NCBI GenBank assembly: GCA_963755715.1
Contig: CAVWLW010000045.1
Location: forward strand, 43,425 to 107,424
Reading direction: 5' to 3'
DNA from: an uncultured delta proteobacterium
Lineage (GTDB): Bacteria > Desulfobacterota > Binatia > UBA9968
DNA: 64,000 bases
In this document: positions 32,313-42,693 of the stretch, in pieces
Layout of the letters: each line of letters begins with the position of its first letter
Position numbering within the stretch: the stretch's first letter is position 1
Notes under the pieces: model-generated
What the model saw: only the letters and a program-made list of their open reading frames with translations
The model's database searches: none
Told to the model about the DNA's origin: nothing
Translations under genes and position numbers: made by a program

Positions 32313-33710
32313 ATGGCATCAGCGAATAAACCGCGTACAGTCGGCATCGGCCTGCTTGGCTCAGGCGTGGTTGGCGAAGCCATCCAGGATATTCTTTTTC
32401 ACGACCTCAAGGGCCAGACCGGCCAAGCCGCCAATGGTGTCGAGCTCGAGATCCGCAAAGTTTACACGCGCAATCCCAAAGGCAAAAAATGGTTCGGCAA
32501 AAATAAGGCGCTGTTCACCAGCCGGGCCGAAGAGGTGCTCGATCATCCCGGCGTCGATATCGTGATCGAAGCATTGGGTTTTCAGTCAGCGGCGCAGTTG
32601 GCGCTGTTTCGCGATTATATCCTGCGCGCCTTCCGGAACGGTAAATCGGTCGTCACTTCCGATAAAGCCGTGCTCGCCCGCTACGGCAAAGAGATCTGGG
32701 CAGCGGCAAAGCGAACCGGCCAGCAGCTTCGCTTCGAGGCTTGCGTCGGCGGCGGCATTCCGGTGATTCGTTCGCTCAGCGAAAGCTTCGCCATCGAAGA
32801 ACCCGAAGCGATTTTCGGCATCGTCAACGGCACCTGCAACTATATTCTGTCGCAGATGGAAAAAAGCGGTAAACCTTACGCCGAGGCGCTCAAAGAAGCG
32901 CAACAGAAAGGCTACGCGGAAACCAATCCGGCGTCCGACGTGAACGGCAGTGACGCCGAGGCCAAGTTGCTTTTACTCAGTTTGGTCGGCTTCGGCTTGC
33001 AGCTCCAACCCGGCCAAATCTGGCGCAAGGGAATCGAAGATATTCAAGCGGTCGATTTTCGCTACGCCGGCCGTATCGGCAACAGCACCATCAAGCAGCT
33101 CGCGGTGGCGCGGCGAAGAGGGCCGGCGGTGCAGGTTTTCGTTTCGCCCGCCTTGGTACCGGGAGAGAATTTTCTGGCGAGCATCGACGGCGCAACCAAC
33201 GCCGTCTGTTTCGCCGGCAAAAGCAGCAGCGCCGGGCGCGGCGAACGGGACTGCGATTATGTTTTAGTCGGCCCGGGGGCCGGCGGTGGTCCGACCGCGG
33301 TGGCAGTTCTCGGGGATGTTTGCGAGCTGGCGCGGGGCGAGCGCAAATTCAGCGGGGCGCCCAGTCTGATTCGGCCGGGGCTGCTGAAGCTGCAAGCGGA
33401 AAATGACATCAACGTGCCGTTTTATGTGCGCTTCGTGGTCCAAGACCGTGCCGGCATCGTCGGCGACATCGGCCGGGTCTTCGGCCGCATTGGCGTGAAC
33501 ATTTCAGAAATTTGGCAGCTTCGGCATGTCGAAGAAGAGATCGAGAGCTTGAAGCAAAGTTATCGGCTCAAGCAAAAACACCACGAGATTTTGCCTTTCG
33601 TCATGACTTTGGAGCGCACCTCCTTGCGTCAAATGCGCAGGGCTCTGGATTCGATTCGCAATCGAGATTATATCTTGATGGAGCCGGTGTGGTTTCCCAT
33701 CTGGCAGTGA
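32313..33710 (+). CDS. hom: Homoserine dehydrogenase with C-terminal ACT domain
   Basis: GLLGSGVVG, FEACVGGGIP, NGTCNYIL, GYAETNP, GPGAGGGPTA, DRAGIV. Confidence 0.93.
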   Translation: MASANKPRTVGIGLLGSGVVGEAIQDILFHDLKGQTGQAANGVELEIRKVYTRNPKGKKWFGKNKALFTSRAEEVLDHPGVDIVIEALGFQSAAQLALFRDYILRAFRNGKSVVTSDKAVLARYGKEIWAAAKRTGQQLRFEACVGGGIPVIRSLSESFAIEEPEAIFGIVNGTCNYILSQMEKSGKPYAEALKEAQQKGYAETNPASDVNGSDAEAKLLLLSLVGFGLQLQPGQIWRKGIEDIQAVDFRYAGRIGNSTIKQLAVARRRGPAVQVFVSPALVPGENFLASIDGATNAVCFAGKSSSAGRGERDCDYVLVGPGAGGGPTAVAVLGDVCELARGERKFSGAPSLIRPGLLKLQAENDINVPFYVRFVVQDRAGIVGDIGRVFGRIGVNISEIWQLRHVEEEIESLKQSYRLKQKHHEILPFVMTLERTSLRQMRRALDSIRNRDYILMEPVWFPIWQ

Positions 33711-33740
33711 GGCACAAGCCATCAAGGCGGAATTGCTCAA

Positions 33741-34961
33741 GTGAAATATATCATTCTTCAAGGCGATGGGATGGCGGATTATCCGCTCGACGTACTCGGC
33801 GGCAAGACGCCATTGGAAGCGGCGCGTACGCCCAACATGGATTGGCTTGCGCAGCACGGCGTCTACGGCATCGCGCATGTGATCCCCGCCGGTTTTCCTC
33901 CGGGCAGCGACGTCGGCAACATGAGCATCATGGGCTACGACCCAGCGCTCTATCATACCGGCCGCTCGCCGCTCGAAGCCGCTAGTATGGGGGTAGCGCT
34001 CGGGCCGAAGGACATCGCGTTTCGCTGTAATCTTGTGACGCTCGGCGGCGCCGGCGATGAAACTTTCATGGAGGATTTCACCACCGGCCATATTTCGACC
34101 GAAGAAGCCGCGGCGATTATCGGTGACCTCGGACGCGAGCTCGGTGGTGACGGCATCGAGTTTTTTGCCGGAGTAAGTTACCGCCATTTGATGGTCTGGC
34201 GTGACGGTAAAGAGAAAATGACCACCACGCCGCCGCACGATATCACCGATCAGAAAATTGCCCCGTATATGCCTAAGGGCGACGGCGCGGCGCGCTTGCT
34301 GGAGCTCATGCAAGCTTCCCAGCCGATATTGGCAAACCACCCCGTAAACAAAAAACGCCATGCTGAAGGACACCGCCAAGCGACGACGATCTGGCTCTGG
34401 GGACAGGGGAGAGCCCCGCAACTGCCGCCGTTGACCGAACGATTCGGCATCAAAGGCGGGGTGATTTCCGCGGTCGATATCATCCATGGTCTGGGTGTCT
34501 ACGCCGGACTGGAGCGCATCGACGTGCCGGGCATCACCGGGTTTCTCGATACCAATTACGTCGGTAAGGGTGAGTACGGCGTGCGCTCGCTGGAAAAAAA
34601 CGACTTGGTCTTTATTCACGTCGAAGCCACGGACGAAGCCGGGCACATGGGCGACGTGGAAAAGAAGATTCAAGCGCTCGAAGACTTCGACGAAAAAGTT
34701 GTCGGCACCGTATTGAAAGGCATGGCGGCGCGCAAGGATTATCGGATTCTTTTGATGCCGGACCATCCGACCGCGATCATCCTCAAGACGCACGTCGCCG
34801 ATCCAGTGCCGTTCGTTTTGTATTCGGCCGAAGCGCCGCAAAATAACGGCAACGTCGGCTACAACGAGAAAGACGCGCTGAAAACCGGTATTGTGGCAAA
34901 GAAGGCTCATCGACTGATGGAAGCGCTGATCGAAGGGAGGCCCACGTGGACCGAAATCTAG
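33741..34961 (+). CDS. apgM: Cofactor-independent phosphoglycerate mutase (ApgM type)
   Basis: GDGMAD, KTPLEAARTPNMD, PGSDVGN, GRSPLEAAS, HVEATDEAGH, PDHPT. Confidence 0.9.
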   Translation: MKYIILQGDGMADYPLDVLGGKTPLEAARTPNMDWLAQHGVYGIAHVIPAGFPPGSDVGNMSIMGYDPALYHTGRSPLEAASMGVALGPKDIAFRCNLVTLGGAGDETFMEDFTTGHISTEEAAAIIGDLGRELGGDGIEFFAGVSYRHLMVWRDGKEKMTTTPPHDITDQKIAPYMPKGDGAARLLELMQASQPILANHPVNKKRHAEGHRQATTIWLWGQGRAPQLPPLTERFGIKGGVISAVDIIHGLGVYAGLERIDVPGITGFLDTNYVGKGEYGVRSLEKNDLVFIHVEATDEAGHMGDVEKKIQALEDFDEKVVGTVLKGMAARKDYRILLMPDHPTAIILKTHVADPVPFVLYSAEAPQNNGNVGYNEKDALKTGIVAKKAHRLMEALIEGRPTWTEI

Positions 34962-35896
34962 CTCTGGAAGCTGTCCGAGTAACCGAGGCCGCGGCGCTCA
35001 ACTGCGCGCACTGGACCGGTCGCGGCGATGAGAAGGCCGCCGATCAGGCGGCGGTCGACGCTATGCGTAAGGCTTTCGACGCCCTCCCGATCGACGGCAC
35101 CGTGGTGATCGGCGAAGGCGAGCGCGACGAAGCGCCGATGCTCTATATCGGCGAAAAAGTCGGCTCAGGCGGGCCGAAAGTCGACATTGCCCTCGATCCG
35201 CTCGAGGGCACGACGATCTGTGCCACCGGAGCGCCTAACGCGCTCGCCGTGATCGCCATGGCCGACGGCGGCAATCTGCTTCATTGCCCGGATACCTACA
35301 TGTCCAAGATCGCCGCCGGTCCGGTCGGTAACGGGGTGATCGACCTCGATAAATCGCCGACTGAAAATCTCCATGCCCTGGCGGAAGCGAAGCGTTGCAA
35401 GGTCGAGGATCTAACAGTGATCATCTTATCGCGCCCACGTCATGAAGCGCTCATCGCGGAAGTACGCAAAGCCGGCGCGCGTATTCGGTTGATCGGCGAC
35501 GGCGACGTTTCGGCCGCGATTGCCACGACCAAACCCGAAACGGGCATCGATTTGCTTATGGGCATCGGCGGCGCGCCGGAAGGCGTATTGGCCGCGGCGG
35601 CGCTGCGCTGCATCGGCGGCGCGTTTCAAGGGCGTCTGGCGCCGCGCAACGATGAAGAAATCGAGCGGGCGAAAAAGATGGGCGTTGCGGACATTAAGAA
35701 AAAATTTCGGATCGACGAGCTTGCCGCCGGCGACGTCATGTTTGCCGCCACCGGCGTCACGGACGGCGACTATCTGCGCGGCGTGCACTTTTTCACCGGC
35801 GGCGCGACCACCCAATCGGTGGTGATGCGCTCCAAGACTAAAACGGTTCGGGTCATCAATGCGACCCATTATTTCGAGCATAAGCCCAATTACTAA
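34946..35896 (+). CDS. glpX: Class II fructose-1,6-bisphosphatase
   Basis: RVTEAAA, VIGEGERDEAPMLYIGE, DPLEGT, GIGGAPEGV, FAATGVT. Confidence 0.96.
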   Translation: MDRNLALEAVRVTEAAALNCAHWTGRGDEKAADQAAVDAMRKAFDALPIDGTVVIGEGERDEAPMLYIGEKVGSGGPKVDIALDPLEGTTICATGAPNALAVIAMADGGNLLHCPDTYMSKIAAGPVGNGVIDLDKSPTENLHALAEAKRCKVEDLTVIILSRPRHEALIAEVRKAGARIRLIGDGDVSAAIATTKPETGIDLLMGIGGAPEGVLAAAALRCIGGAFQGRLAPRNDEEIERAKKMGVADIKKKFRIDELAAGDVMFAATGVTDGDYLRGVHFFTGGATTQSVVMRSKTKTVRVINATHYFEHKPNY

Positions 35897-35926
35897 AATC
35901 CCAGCTTCGGCCGATCAGCGCTAAAA

Positions 35927-36199
35927 GTGGCGACCCGAAAGCGCAAGAAGCGTAGCCGGCTGAGGACGCTGCTCTTCTATATTCTGTTTCCGCTGGTCGT
36001 CTGGTTTGTCGCCTTTCTTTTATGGTTTTACTGGCGCGACGTCAGCGCTTGGTTCAGCAAGGGCGACGCGCCGGTAAATCCTCCCGTCAGGGTCCAGCCG
36101 CGCGAGCGCAGCGACACAGCGCCGACAAAGCGTGCGCCGGAAAAAATCCTCGAAGAAGACCGTAGAAAATTAGATGAAATACTTAAACGCCGCGGCTGA
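35927..36199 (+). CDS. Small membrane-anchored hypothetical protein
   Basis: Basic N-terminus, one TM helix, charged C-terminus; lies within the operon. Confidence 0.7.
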   Translation: MATRKRKKRSRLRTLLFYILFPLVVWFVAFLLWFYWRDVSAWFSKGDAPVNPPVRVQPRERSDTAPTKRAPEKILEEDRRKLDEILKRRG

Positions 36200-36254
36200 C
36201 GATCTTGGCAAGCTCAAGCGTATGGGCTTGCAATTCGAGGTGGTGGTTCAGTTT

Positions 36255-36357
36255 GAGAAAGATCTCTCACGGAGTCTACCCTGAGTCTCTCCGAAGGGTT
36301 CGAGATGACAAATACTTATTTAGTTGTCATTTCGAGCGGGAGCGAGAAATCTTTCTC
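36255..36357. repeat. REP-like palindromic element (TGTCA family, halves in tail-to-tail order)
   Basis: GAGAAAGATCTCTC...TTCGAGATGACA / TGTCATTTCGAGCG...GAGAAATCTTTCTC. Confidence 0.7.
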
Positions 36358-36454
36358 GATGTTAAGACTCACGGCAGATCTAAAATAAACCACTACCCCA
36401 TTGGGGCATGTTTGAGGCCGGCTTGCGGCGATGTTATCTTACTCAGCGACTGAT

Positions 36455-37630
36455 ATGAATTTCTGGCGTAACATAGCTAAACCGATCATCGGACTCGCGC
36501 CGATGGACGGCGTCACCGACGCGTCGTTTCGCTACATCACGGCCAAACATGGCGCGCCCGACGTGACGCTGACCGAGTTCGTCAATATCCAGTCGGCATT
36601 TCATTCGCCGCACACGCTGATCAAAGATTTCATCTATTCTGAAATAGAGCGTCCCGTGGTCGCGCAGATTTACGGCAAGACACCAGAGCTCTTTTACAAG
36701 GTCGCTCATATCGTCTGCGAGCTCGGCTTTGACGGTCTGGACATCAATATGGGTTGTCCGGCGAAAAAAGTCGCGGCCAGCGGTTGCGGCGCGGCGCTCA
36801 TACGCACGCCCGAGTTGGCGCGCGAAATCATCCGCGCGGCGCGGCGCGGGATCCAAGATTGGCGCGATGGCCAAACGCTGGCAGATCTGGCTTTGCCTGC
36901 CGAAGTGATCGAGCAGATCGAAGCGGCGAATCGCCGGCGGAGCGGCTGGACAAGGCCGATCGAGCGGCGCGCAATTCCAGTATCGGTAAAGACCCGTCTT
37001 GGCTACGACCGGGTGGTGATCGAAGATTGGTTGAGCACGCTGTTGGAAGAAGATATTGCGGTCGTCTCACTGCATGGGCGCACCCTGGCCCAAGGCTACA
37101 AAGGCGGCGCCGATTGGGACGCCATCGCACGCGCCGTCAAGATCGCTGAGAACTCGGGCACTTTGATTCTAGGTAACGGCGACGTGCAAGACATGCGTGA
37201 TGTCTGCCGGCGCGTGCGCGAGACCGGCGTCGATGGCGTGTTGATCGGACGAAGCGCTCAGGGCGCGCCGTGGCTGTTCCGAAACAAGCAGGCCGTCAAG
37301 CAAGCGCTCAGCTCCGGCGGTGACTTTTTATTGGAAGAGACGCCGGTTTCCCTTGATGAAAGATTTCAAATCATCGTCGAGCACAGCGAGCATTTTGAAC
37401 GGCTCTGCGAGTCCTCACGCTTTGTGGCTATGCGCAAACACCTTACTTGGTACTGCCGCAATTTTCGCGGCGCTGCCGAGATGCGCGCGCAGATGACTCG
37501 GGCCAGCAACGCCGCCGAGGTGCGCCGCACTCTGGCGGATTTTCTAACGCGTGGCGAGGAAGTTCACGCGGGCTCGCCCGCAGTTCACATGTACCCAGCC
37601 CAGCCGGCAATGCTTTCCGTTTCAGCTTGA
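36455..37630 (+). CDS. dus: tRNA-dihydrouridine synthase
   Basis: LAPMDGVTD, DINMGCP, SVKTRLG, LHGRT, GNGDV, MRKH. Confidence 0.93.
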   Translation: MNFWRNIAKPIIGLAPMDGVTDASFRYITAKHGAPDVTLTEFVNIQSAFHSPHTLIKDFIYSEIERPVVAQIYGKTPELFYKVAHIVCELGFDGLDINMGCPAKKVAASGCGAALIRTPELAREIIRAARRGIQDWRDGQTLADLALPAEVIEQIEAANRRRSGWTRPIERRAIPVSVKTRLGYDRVVIEDWLSTLLEEDIAVVSLHGRTLAQGYKGGADWDAIARAVKIAENSGTLILGNGDVQDMRDVCRRVRETGVDGVLIGRSAQGAPWLFRNKQAVKQALSSGGDFLLEETPVSLDERFQIIVEHSEHFERLCESSRFVAMRKHLTWYCRNFRGAAEMRAQMTRASNAAEVRRTLADFLTRGEEVHAGSPAVHMYPAQPAMLSVSA

Positions 37631-37642
37631 TCCGATTCCTTC

Positions 37643-38269
37643 ATGGGTTTGATCCTTGCTTCGACTTCGCCGCGGCGCCGAGAGATTTTGGCGCTGCTCG
37701 GCGCGCCTTTTGAAGTTATCGCGCCGGAATTCGATGAAACGCTCAGCGCTGATTTATCGATCGAAGACGAAGTGCTCCAATTCGCCGCCGGCAAGGCGCG
37801 TTCGGTGGCCCGCGGCAGGGCGCAAAGCGTCGTCATCGGTAGCGACACGATGATCGGTCTCGACGGCGGAAAAATCGGCAAGCCCGCGGACCTCGCCGAT
37901 GCCGCGCGGATTTTACGTTCGCTTGCCGGCAAAACCCACATCATTTACACCGCCGTCGCGATTGTCGACGATAATGGACCGGGCCTTACAACGCTCGAAA
38001 AAGTCTCGGTCGAAATGCGCGCCTACACGGAGCGAGAGATCGAACAATATCTTTCTTGCGGCGAATCCCTTGACAAGGCGGGCGCCTATTCGATTCAAGG
38101 GGACGGGAGCCGGCTGATCAAATCGATCCGCGGCGATTATCTCGCCGCCGTCGGCATGCCTTTAAAGCCTATCGCCGCGTATTTGAAAAGCCGGGGCATA
38201 TCATTTCATCGGGATGTGGAAAAACTCTATCGTGAAAAATCCTTCATGAACTGGTCGTGGTTCGCTTGA
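37643..38269 (+). CDS. maf: Maf family nucleoside triphosphate pyrophosphatase
   Basis: LILASTSPRRREIL, IGSDT, GKP, DKAGAYSIQG. Confidence 0.93.
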   Translation: MGLILASTSPRRREILALLGAPFEVIAPEFDETLSADLSIEDEVLQFAAGKARSVARGRAQSVVIGSDTMIGLDGGKIGKPADLADAARILRSLAGKTHIIYTAVAIVDDNGPGLTTLEKVSVEMRAYTEREIEQYLSCGESLDKAGAYSIQGDGSRLIKSIRGDYLAAVGMPLKPIAAYLKSRGISFHRDVEKLYREKSFMNWSWFA

Positions 38270-38314
38270 ACTTCGCTGTTGTGGTGTGAGCGCGGACAAA
38301 TCTGCGCACCGGAC

Positions 38315-38946
38315 TCATCGTCCTTCGGTGCGCACCGTAATTTGAGTTGCCGCCACTGCACCGTCTGGACTTTGGGCTCCTTGCAACGACACCTCGACGC
38401 CATTTTTGAGCGCGCTTCGATCGCTGCGGACCCGTTTAACGAGTGGAATGTTCGGCGGCACCAAGACTTTGACTGCGCCGTCTTTGTATTTGAGGCTGAC
38501 AGCCTGCCTTTGATGTCTTTAATCTCGACGTCCTCGACGTGTTCGACGTTGGCGTTGGTCATCGTCGCGCCGCTCTGGGGCGCCGAGCCCAGGGGGCGAT
38601 GCCCCTCCCCCGTACCGCGCTGATCCTCAGAGAAAACATGAACCTCCGAGGCTAGAAAAGTCCCGTCGGCCTGCTTGGTCGCGGTAGTGCCCAGGTACAT
38701 TCCCGAACTGATCTCCGAGAGCTGGATCGGCGCTTCGGCGCGAATCACGGTCTTATCGGTCAATATCGTCTTCACATCGCCATTGGCACTGCTCACGATC
38801 AGCTCTTGGCCTGTCAGGGAAGCGATTTTGCCTCTAACAGCTATTGTCGCCGGTTGAGCAAAGCTGGATGCCGGGGACGTGAGAAACACCCCCATCAAAG
38901 CCACTAGCAATGGTATTTTGCCGTGGTGAACCGTCGTTCGTTTCAT
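38315..38946 (-). CDS. Secreted DUF5666-like protein; apparent frameshift ~38500
   Basis: Signal peptide; ASEVHVF...GTGEGHRP...ATMTNANV; shifted frame ends AVAATQITVRTEGR*. Confidence 0.6.
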
Positions 38947-39194
38947 CGTGCTTCCTCCTCGAGTCGCTATACTTCACCACGGCAATCGCCGCAAGGAGGC
39001 TGAGAGCTGTTTTTCTTGGGCGATTAGAAAATGGCTTGGCCGTTACGAGGAATAACTGCCGACGGATGGGCGATTTCTGGCCTGATGCGACAAATTTTGT
39101 TCAGCTCTATGAGCCTATTTACGTTTATTTTGGCGTTTCTTTCATCACTGACGACTGGTATGAAGCTTGCTCTATCGATCTCGGTAAGATTGCC

Positions 39195-39389
39195 ATGAAG
39201 CCACTAAATAACTATTCAAGCCCCGATCAGAACTGGCAATGGCCCGAGAAAACCTGGTTCCGTGAGCGCCTTAATGCGATCAAAGCTCGCGAACATGAGC
39301 AGCGTCGCAAACCGGCGGTTGGGAACCAGACAACCCAGGGGGCCAGCGAACCAGCCAATCCCGAAAAGGGTCCATTGAAAGCTGATTGA
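39195..39389 (+). CDS. Small hypothetical protein
   Basis: ATG 39195; WQWPEKTWFRERLNAIKARE looks protein-like; no family recognised. Confidence 0.4.
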   Translation: MKPLNNYSSPDQNWQWPEKTWFRERLNAIKAREHEQRRKPAVGNQTTQGASEPANPEKGPLKAD

Positions 39390-39691
39390 GCGATCAAATC
39401 GCTCTCCAGTTTTCTTTCAGTTCCTTTCTCCTAACTTGTCCGTCCACTGCCGGAACCCGTGCCGGTATTTCCCAAAGCCGCCCGCAAGCCGGCAATAAAT
39501 TTTGTCGCGAGCCATCGTCCCAATCCTAGGGATTTGTTGCGGAAGATCGACGCCCTCCTTGCGCCATGCTCTGGCAAGCGGAAACCCGCTGTCTATCGAA
39601 CGGGCTGAATGTCTATTATTTCACTTGTATTTTTGCGCCTGGGAATGTAAGCGATGCTAAATTTACCGATACCGGAGCGGAGGTATTAGCG

Positions 39692-41428
39692 ATGGCACAA
39701 TCAGCAACAAACGGTCAGACCTGGGATTTGGCGGCCGACGTCGTGGTCATCGGATCGGGGGCGGCGGGGTTGCCTGCGGCGATTAAGGCCGCAGACGGCG
39801 GCGCCTCTGTGATTGTTGTCGAGACGAATTACGACATCGGCGGGCACGCGATCATCAGCGGCGGCAATGTGCCGCTTGGCGGCGGCACCAGCGCGCAAAA
39901 AAAGTACGGCATTCAGGACTCACCGGATACGGTCTTTTCAGACCTGACCGACTGGACCATCGTGCAAGCTAACGGCTGGCCGGATTTCCGTTATAACGAC
40001 CGCGAAGTGATGCGCGCGTTCGCGGATCATTGCGCGTTGACCTATGAATTTCTCCTGGAAAGCGGGGTGAAGTTCAAAGAAGTCCCGCCGGACAACCAGG
40101 GTGGACACAATTTGGGAAACTCGGCGCCGCGCGAAAACCATGCGTTTTGGACCAAGGGCGCTGGCTATGAAAGTCCCAACAACCGAGCGGGAACCGGCGT
40201 AATCCGGCCGCTGGAAAATAGCGCCCGAGCCAAAGGCGTTAAATTTTTGTTGAACTATAAAATGACGAGCTTCCAGCGCGAACGACAGAACGCGGGGCGC
40301 GTGATCGGCATCACGGCCGAGTACACGCCGCGCATCATGCCCGGGCAATCGACGCCGCTAAAAAGTTTCCGCTCCGACGGCAACATCGACAGCACGAAAC
40401 CGAAGATGACGATCCTTGCGAAAAAGGCAGTGATCGTCGCGACGGGCGGCATGACGAGCAACTTGAATTTCCGCCGCATGTTCGACCCGAGATTGACAGC
40501 TGTGCTGACGGTCGCCGGCGAGCCTTACAGTTACCAGGACGCCAGCGGCGAGCTGGCCGCCATGGCGATCGGCGCATCGCTCTGGGGACTGGTGAATCAG
40601 ACCTTGGAAAACGGCGACAATATTCGCACCCAACGGGTACTGGCGACGAAATGGAATTACATGACTTGGGAGCTGGAAAGTCCGATTTTTCCCCTGGTGC
40701 GATCGACCGGTTTGAGCGTCAAGGATTGGCACGATCTCATCTTGGTCAACCAAGTCGGCAAGCGCTTCTACGACGAGACCAAGGGCGATTATCCGCACGG
40801 CAACGTTTACAAGGACATCGATCCGTATACTCCCAACGACTATCGCAACAACGAGAAGATCGACTACCATCCCAGCAAATATAATTTTTTTAATGCCGCG
40901 GTAGCGATGAATGAGTATTCCCAAGCGCCCGATTATTCCGCCGGACCGATATGGGCGATCTTCGACGCCGACGCCGTCAAGCGCGAAGGTTGGAAAACCA
41001 CGCCGCCTTACGTCGATCCTGACGGATATTTTTTCAGCGCGAATACGCTTCCGGAGCTGGCCGCCGCGATTAAGAACGAGTATCAGGCCAAGCCGATGAA
41101 CGGGGAGATTTTGCAGGCCGCCGTGGAGCGCTACAATTCTTTCGTCGAAGCGGGCGAAGACGTGGATTTCGGCAAGCCAAAGCCGAAGCACAAAATCCAG
41201 ACGCCGCCGTTCTATGCCGCTTGGGCGACGCCGAACGTGCACGACACGCGCTCGGGCTTACGCATTAATGCCAAATGCCAAGTGATGGACATGAACGGTC
41301 AAGTTATTCCCGGTCTTTATTGCGCCGGCGAGTCGGCCGGCGGCTTCAATCAGCATGGGTTGGGTCGCTGCACCACTCAGGGATTTATCGCCGGCACCAA
41401 CGCCGCGCGGGAAGCTGCACACGATTGA
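39692..41428 (+). CDS. FAD-dependent oxidoreductase (FAD_binding_2; flavocytochrome c / 3-ketosteroid dehydrogenase-like)
   Basis: GGAGGT RBS; DVVVIGSGAAG, VIVATGG, ILVNQVGKRFYDE, IPGLYCAGE. Confidence 0.88.
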   Translation: MAQSATNGQTWDLAADVVVIGSGAAGLPAAIKAADGGASVIVVETNYDIGGHAIISGGNVPLGGGTSAQKKYGIQDSPDTVFSDLTDWTIVQANGWPDFRYNDREVMRAFADHCALTYEFLLESGVKFKEVPPDNQGGHNLGNSAPRENHAFWTKGAGYESPNNRAGTGVIRPLENSARAKGVKFLLNYKMTSFQRERQNAGRVIGITAEYTPRIMPGQSTPLKSFRSDGNIDSTKPKMTILAKKAVIVATGGMTSNLNFRRMFDPRLTAVLTVAGEPYSYQDASGELAAMAIGASLWGLVNQTLENGDNIRTQRVLATKWNYMTWELESPIFPLVRSTGLSVKDWHDLILVNQVGKRFYDETKGDYPHGNVYKDIDPYTPNDYRNNEKIDYHPSKYNFFNAAVAMNEYSQAPDYSAGPIWAIFDADAVKREGWKTTPPYVDPDGYFFSANTLPELAAAIKNEYQAKPMNGEILQAAVERYNSFVEAGEDVDFGKPKPKHKIQTPPFYAAWATPNVHDTRSGLRINAKCQVMDMNGQVIPGLYCAGESAGGFNQHGLGRCTTQGFIAGTNAAREAAHD

Positions 41429-41451
41429 ATTGGAGGAACATAAAATGATGG

Positions 41452-41476
41452 ATAGGGGCGCAATTCATCGCGCCCC
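41452..41476. repeat. GTAG-like REP hairpin / possible bidirectional terminator
   Basis: ATAGGGGCGCAATTCATCGCGCCCC between convergent stop codons. Confidence 0.5.
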
Positions 41477-41481
41477 ATTTC

Positions 41482-42486
41482 TTAGCGATACAGCGACTCG
41501 ATAAAATCTCCCGCCTGCAACTGGCGCACGAAGCGATCGTCGAAAAATTTATTGGGATCTAAATCTTTTGCCTTCGGATTGCGCTCGGCGAGCTCATCTA
41601 AGACCGACCTGACCGCGTCGGCGGTCGTGAGCGGTGTTTTCATCATGTACTTGGCGATCTGAACATCGTAGGACTCCGCAAGTAAATCCATGTCGGTGGT
41701 GCGCAGGTATTTGGACAATACTTTCAGCGTGAATGCGCGGTCTTTCTTCATTAAGGCGATCGCTTCGATCTCCGCCGAAAGGTAACGGCGTACTAGATCG
41801 GGGTCGTCGCGGATGATGTCGCCGCGCGTGGAAACCCCGGTTGAGGCGTAGGGAATATTGAGCGACGGCAGATGCAGCATCACGCGGTTGCCAAGTTTCA
41901 CTGCTCGGCTGGTCGCCGGATAACCGAACACGCCGGCTTGCACGCGATTGCCTTGCAGCGCGCCGACGATCCAATCGCCGGCGCCGATCTCGACGATGTG
42001 AACGTCTTTGCCCGGCTCGAGACCGAAGTGCTTGGCGGCGAGACGCGCGCCGGTGTGGAGAGAGGTGCCGTAGCGGCTGATGCCGATGCTCTTGCCGCGC
42101 AATTGTTCGGGTTTCTCGATCTCCGGCCGCACAACTAAATTCAATACCAGCGTCCCCACCATCGTCGCGACAATCTTCAAGTCGGCGCCGCCGACCACCG
42201 CCCCGGTCGTGGTACCGCCGGCGATCTGAACAAACGACACTTCGCCGGCGATGAGCGCATTGGTGCCTTGCACGCCGCTCGGTGTCGCGATTACTTCAAC
42301 TTGTAAGCCGTATTTTTTAAAGATACCGGCTTCATGGGCGGCCCACGGTGGCACCATGGAGCCGGAGAGCGATGTGATGGCGGCGCGAATTTTGCGCGGG
42401 TTGGAAATTTCACCGGCGTTGACGGAGCGACAATAGCTGAAACAGCCTAGGACACCCAAGACGAGAAGGGATCGCCTAATCAACAT
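41482..42486 (-). CDS. ABC substrate-binding protein, NMT1/SsuA type
   Basis: AHEAGIFKKYGL, LRGKSIGISRYG, FFDDRFVRQL. Confidence 0.85.
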   Translation of the reverse strand: MLIRRSLLVLGVLGCFSYCRSVNAGEISNPRKIRAAITSLSGSMVPPWAAHEAGIFKKYGLQVEVIATPSGVQGTNALIAGEVSFVQIAGGTTTGAVVGGADLKIVATMVGTLVLNLVVRPEIEKPEQLRGKSIGISRYGTSLHTGARLAAKHFGLEPGKDVHIVEIGAGDWIVGALQGNRVQAGVFGYPATSRAVKLGNRVMLHLPSLNIPYASTGVSTRGDIIRDDPDLVRRYLSAEIEAIALMKKDRAFTLKVLSKYLRTTDMDLLAESYDVQIAKYMMKTPLTTADAVRSVLDELAERNPKAKDLDPNKFFDDRFVRQLQAGDFIESLYR

Positions 42487-42693
42487 TGCCCACCTCCGGA
42501 AAATTTGCCCAAACGTGTTGCAACAGATAGCTGATCGCATTGCCCGGCGTCAACTTCGGAAGTGGACGAAGATCGGGTAAAACAATTGACCCTATCAAGC
42601 GCGCTGTGATAATCCGTGACCAGTTAAAATTGAACTACTCGGCGCGTGTTGCGCGACACGCAGACGCAAGCAAAATCGGCGAAAGGAATGAAT

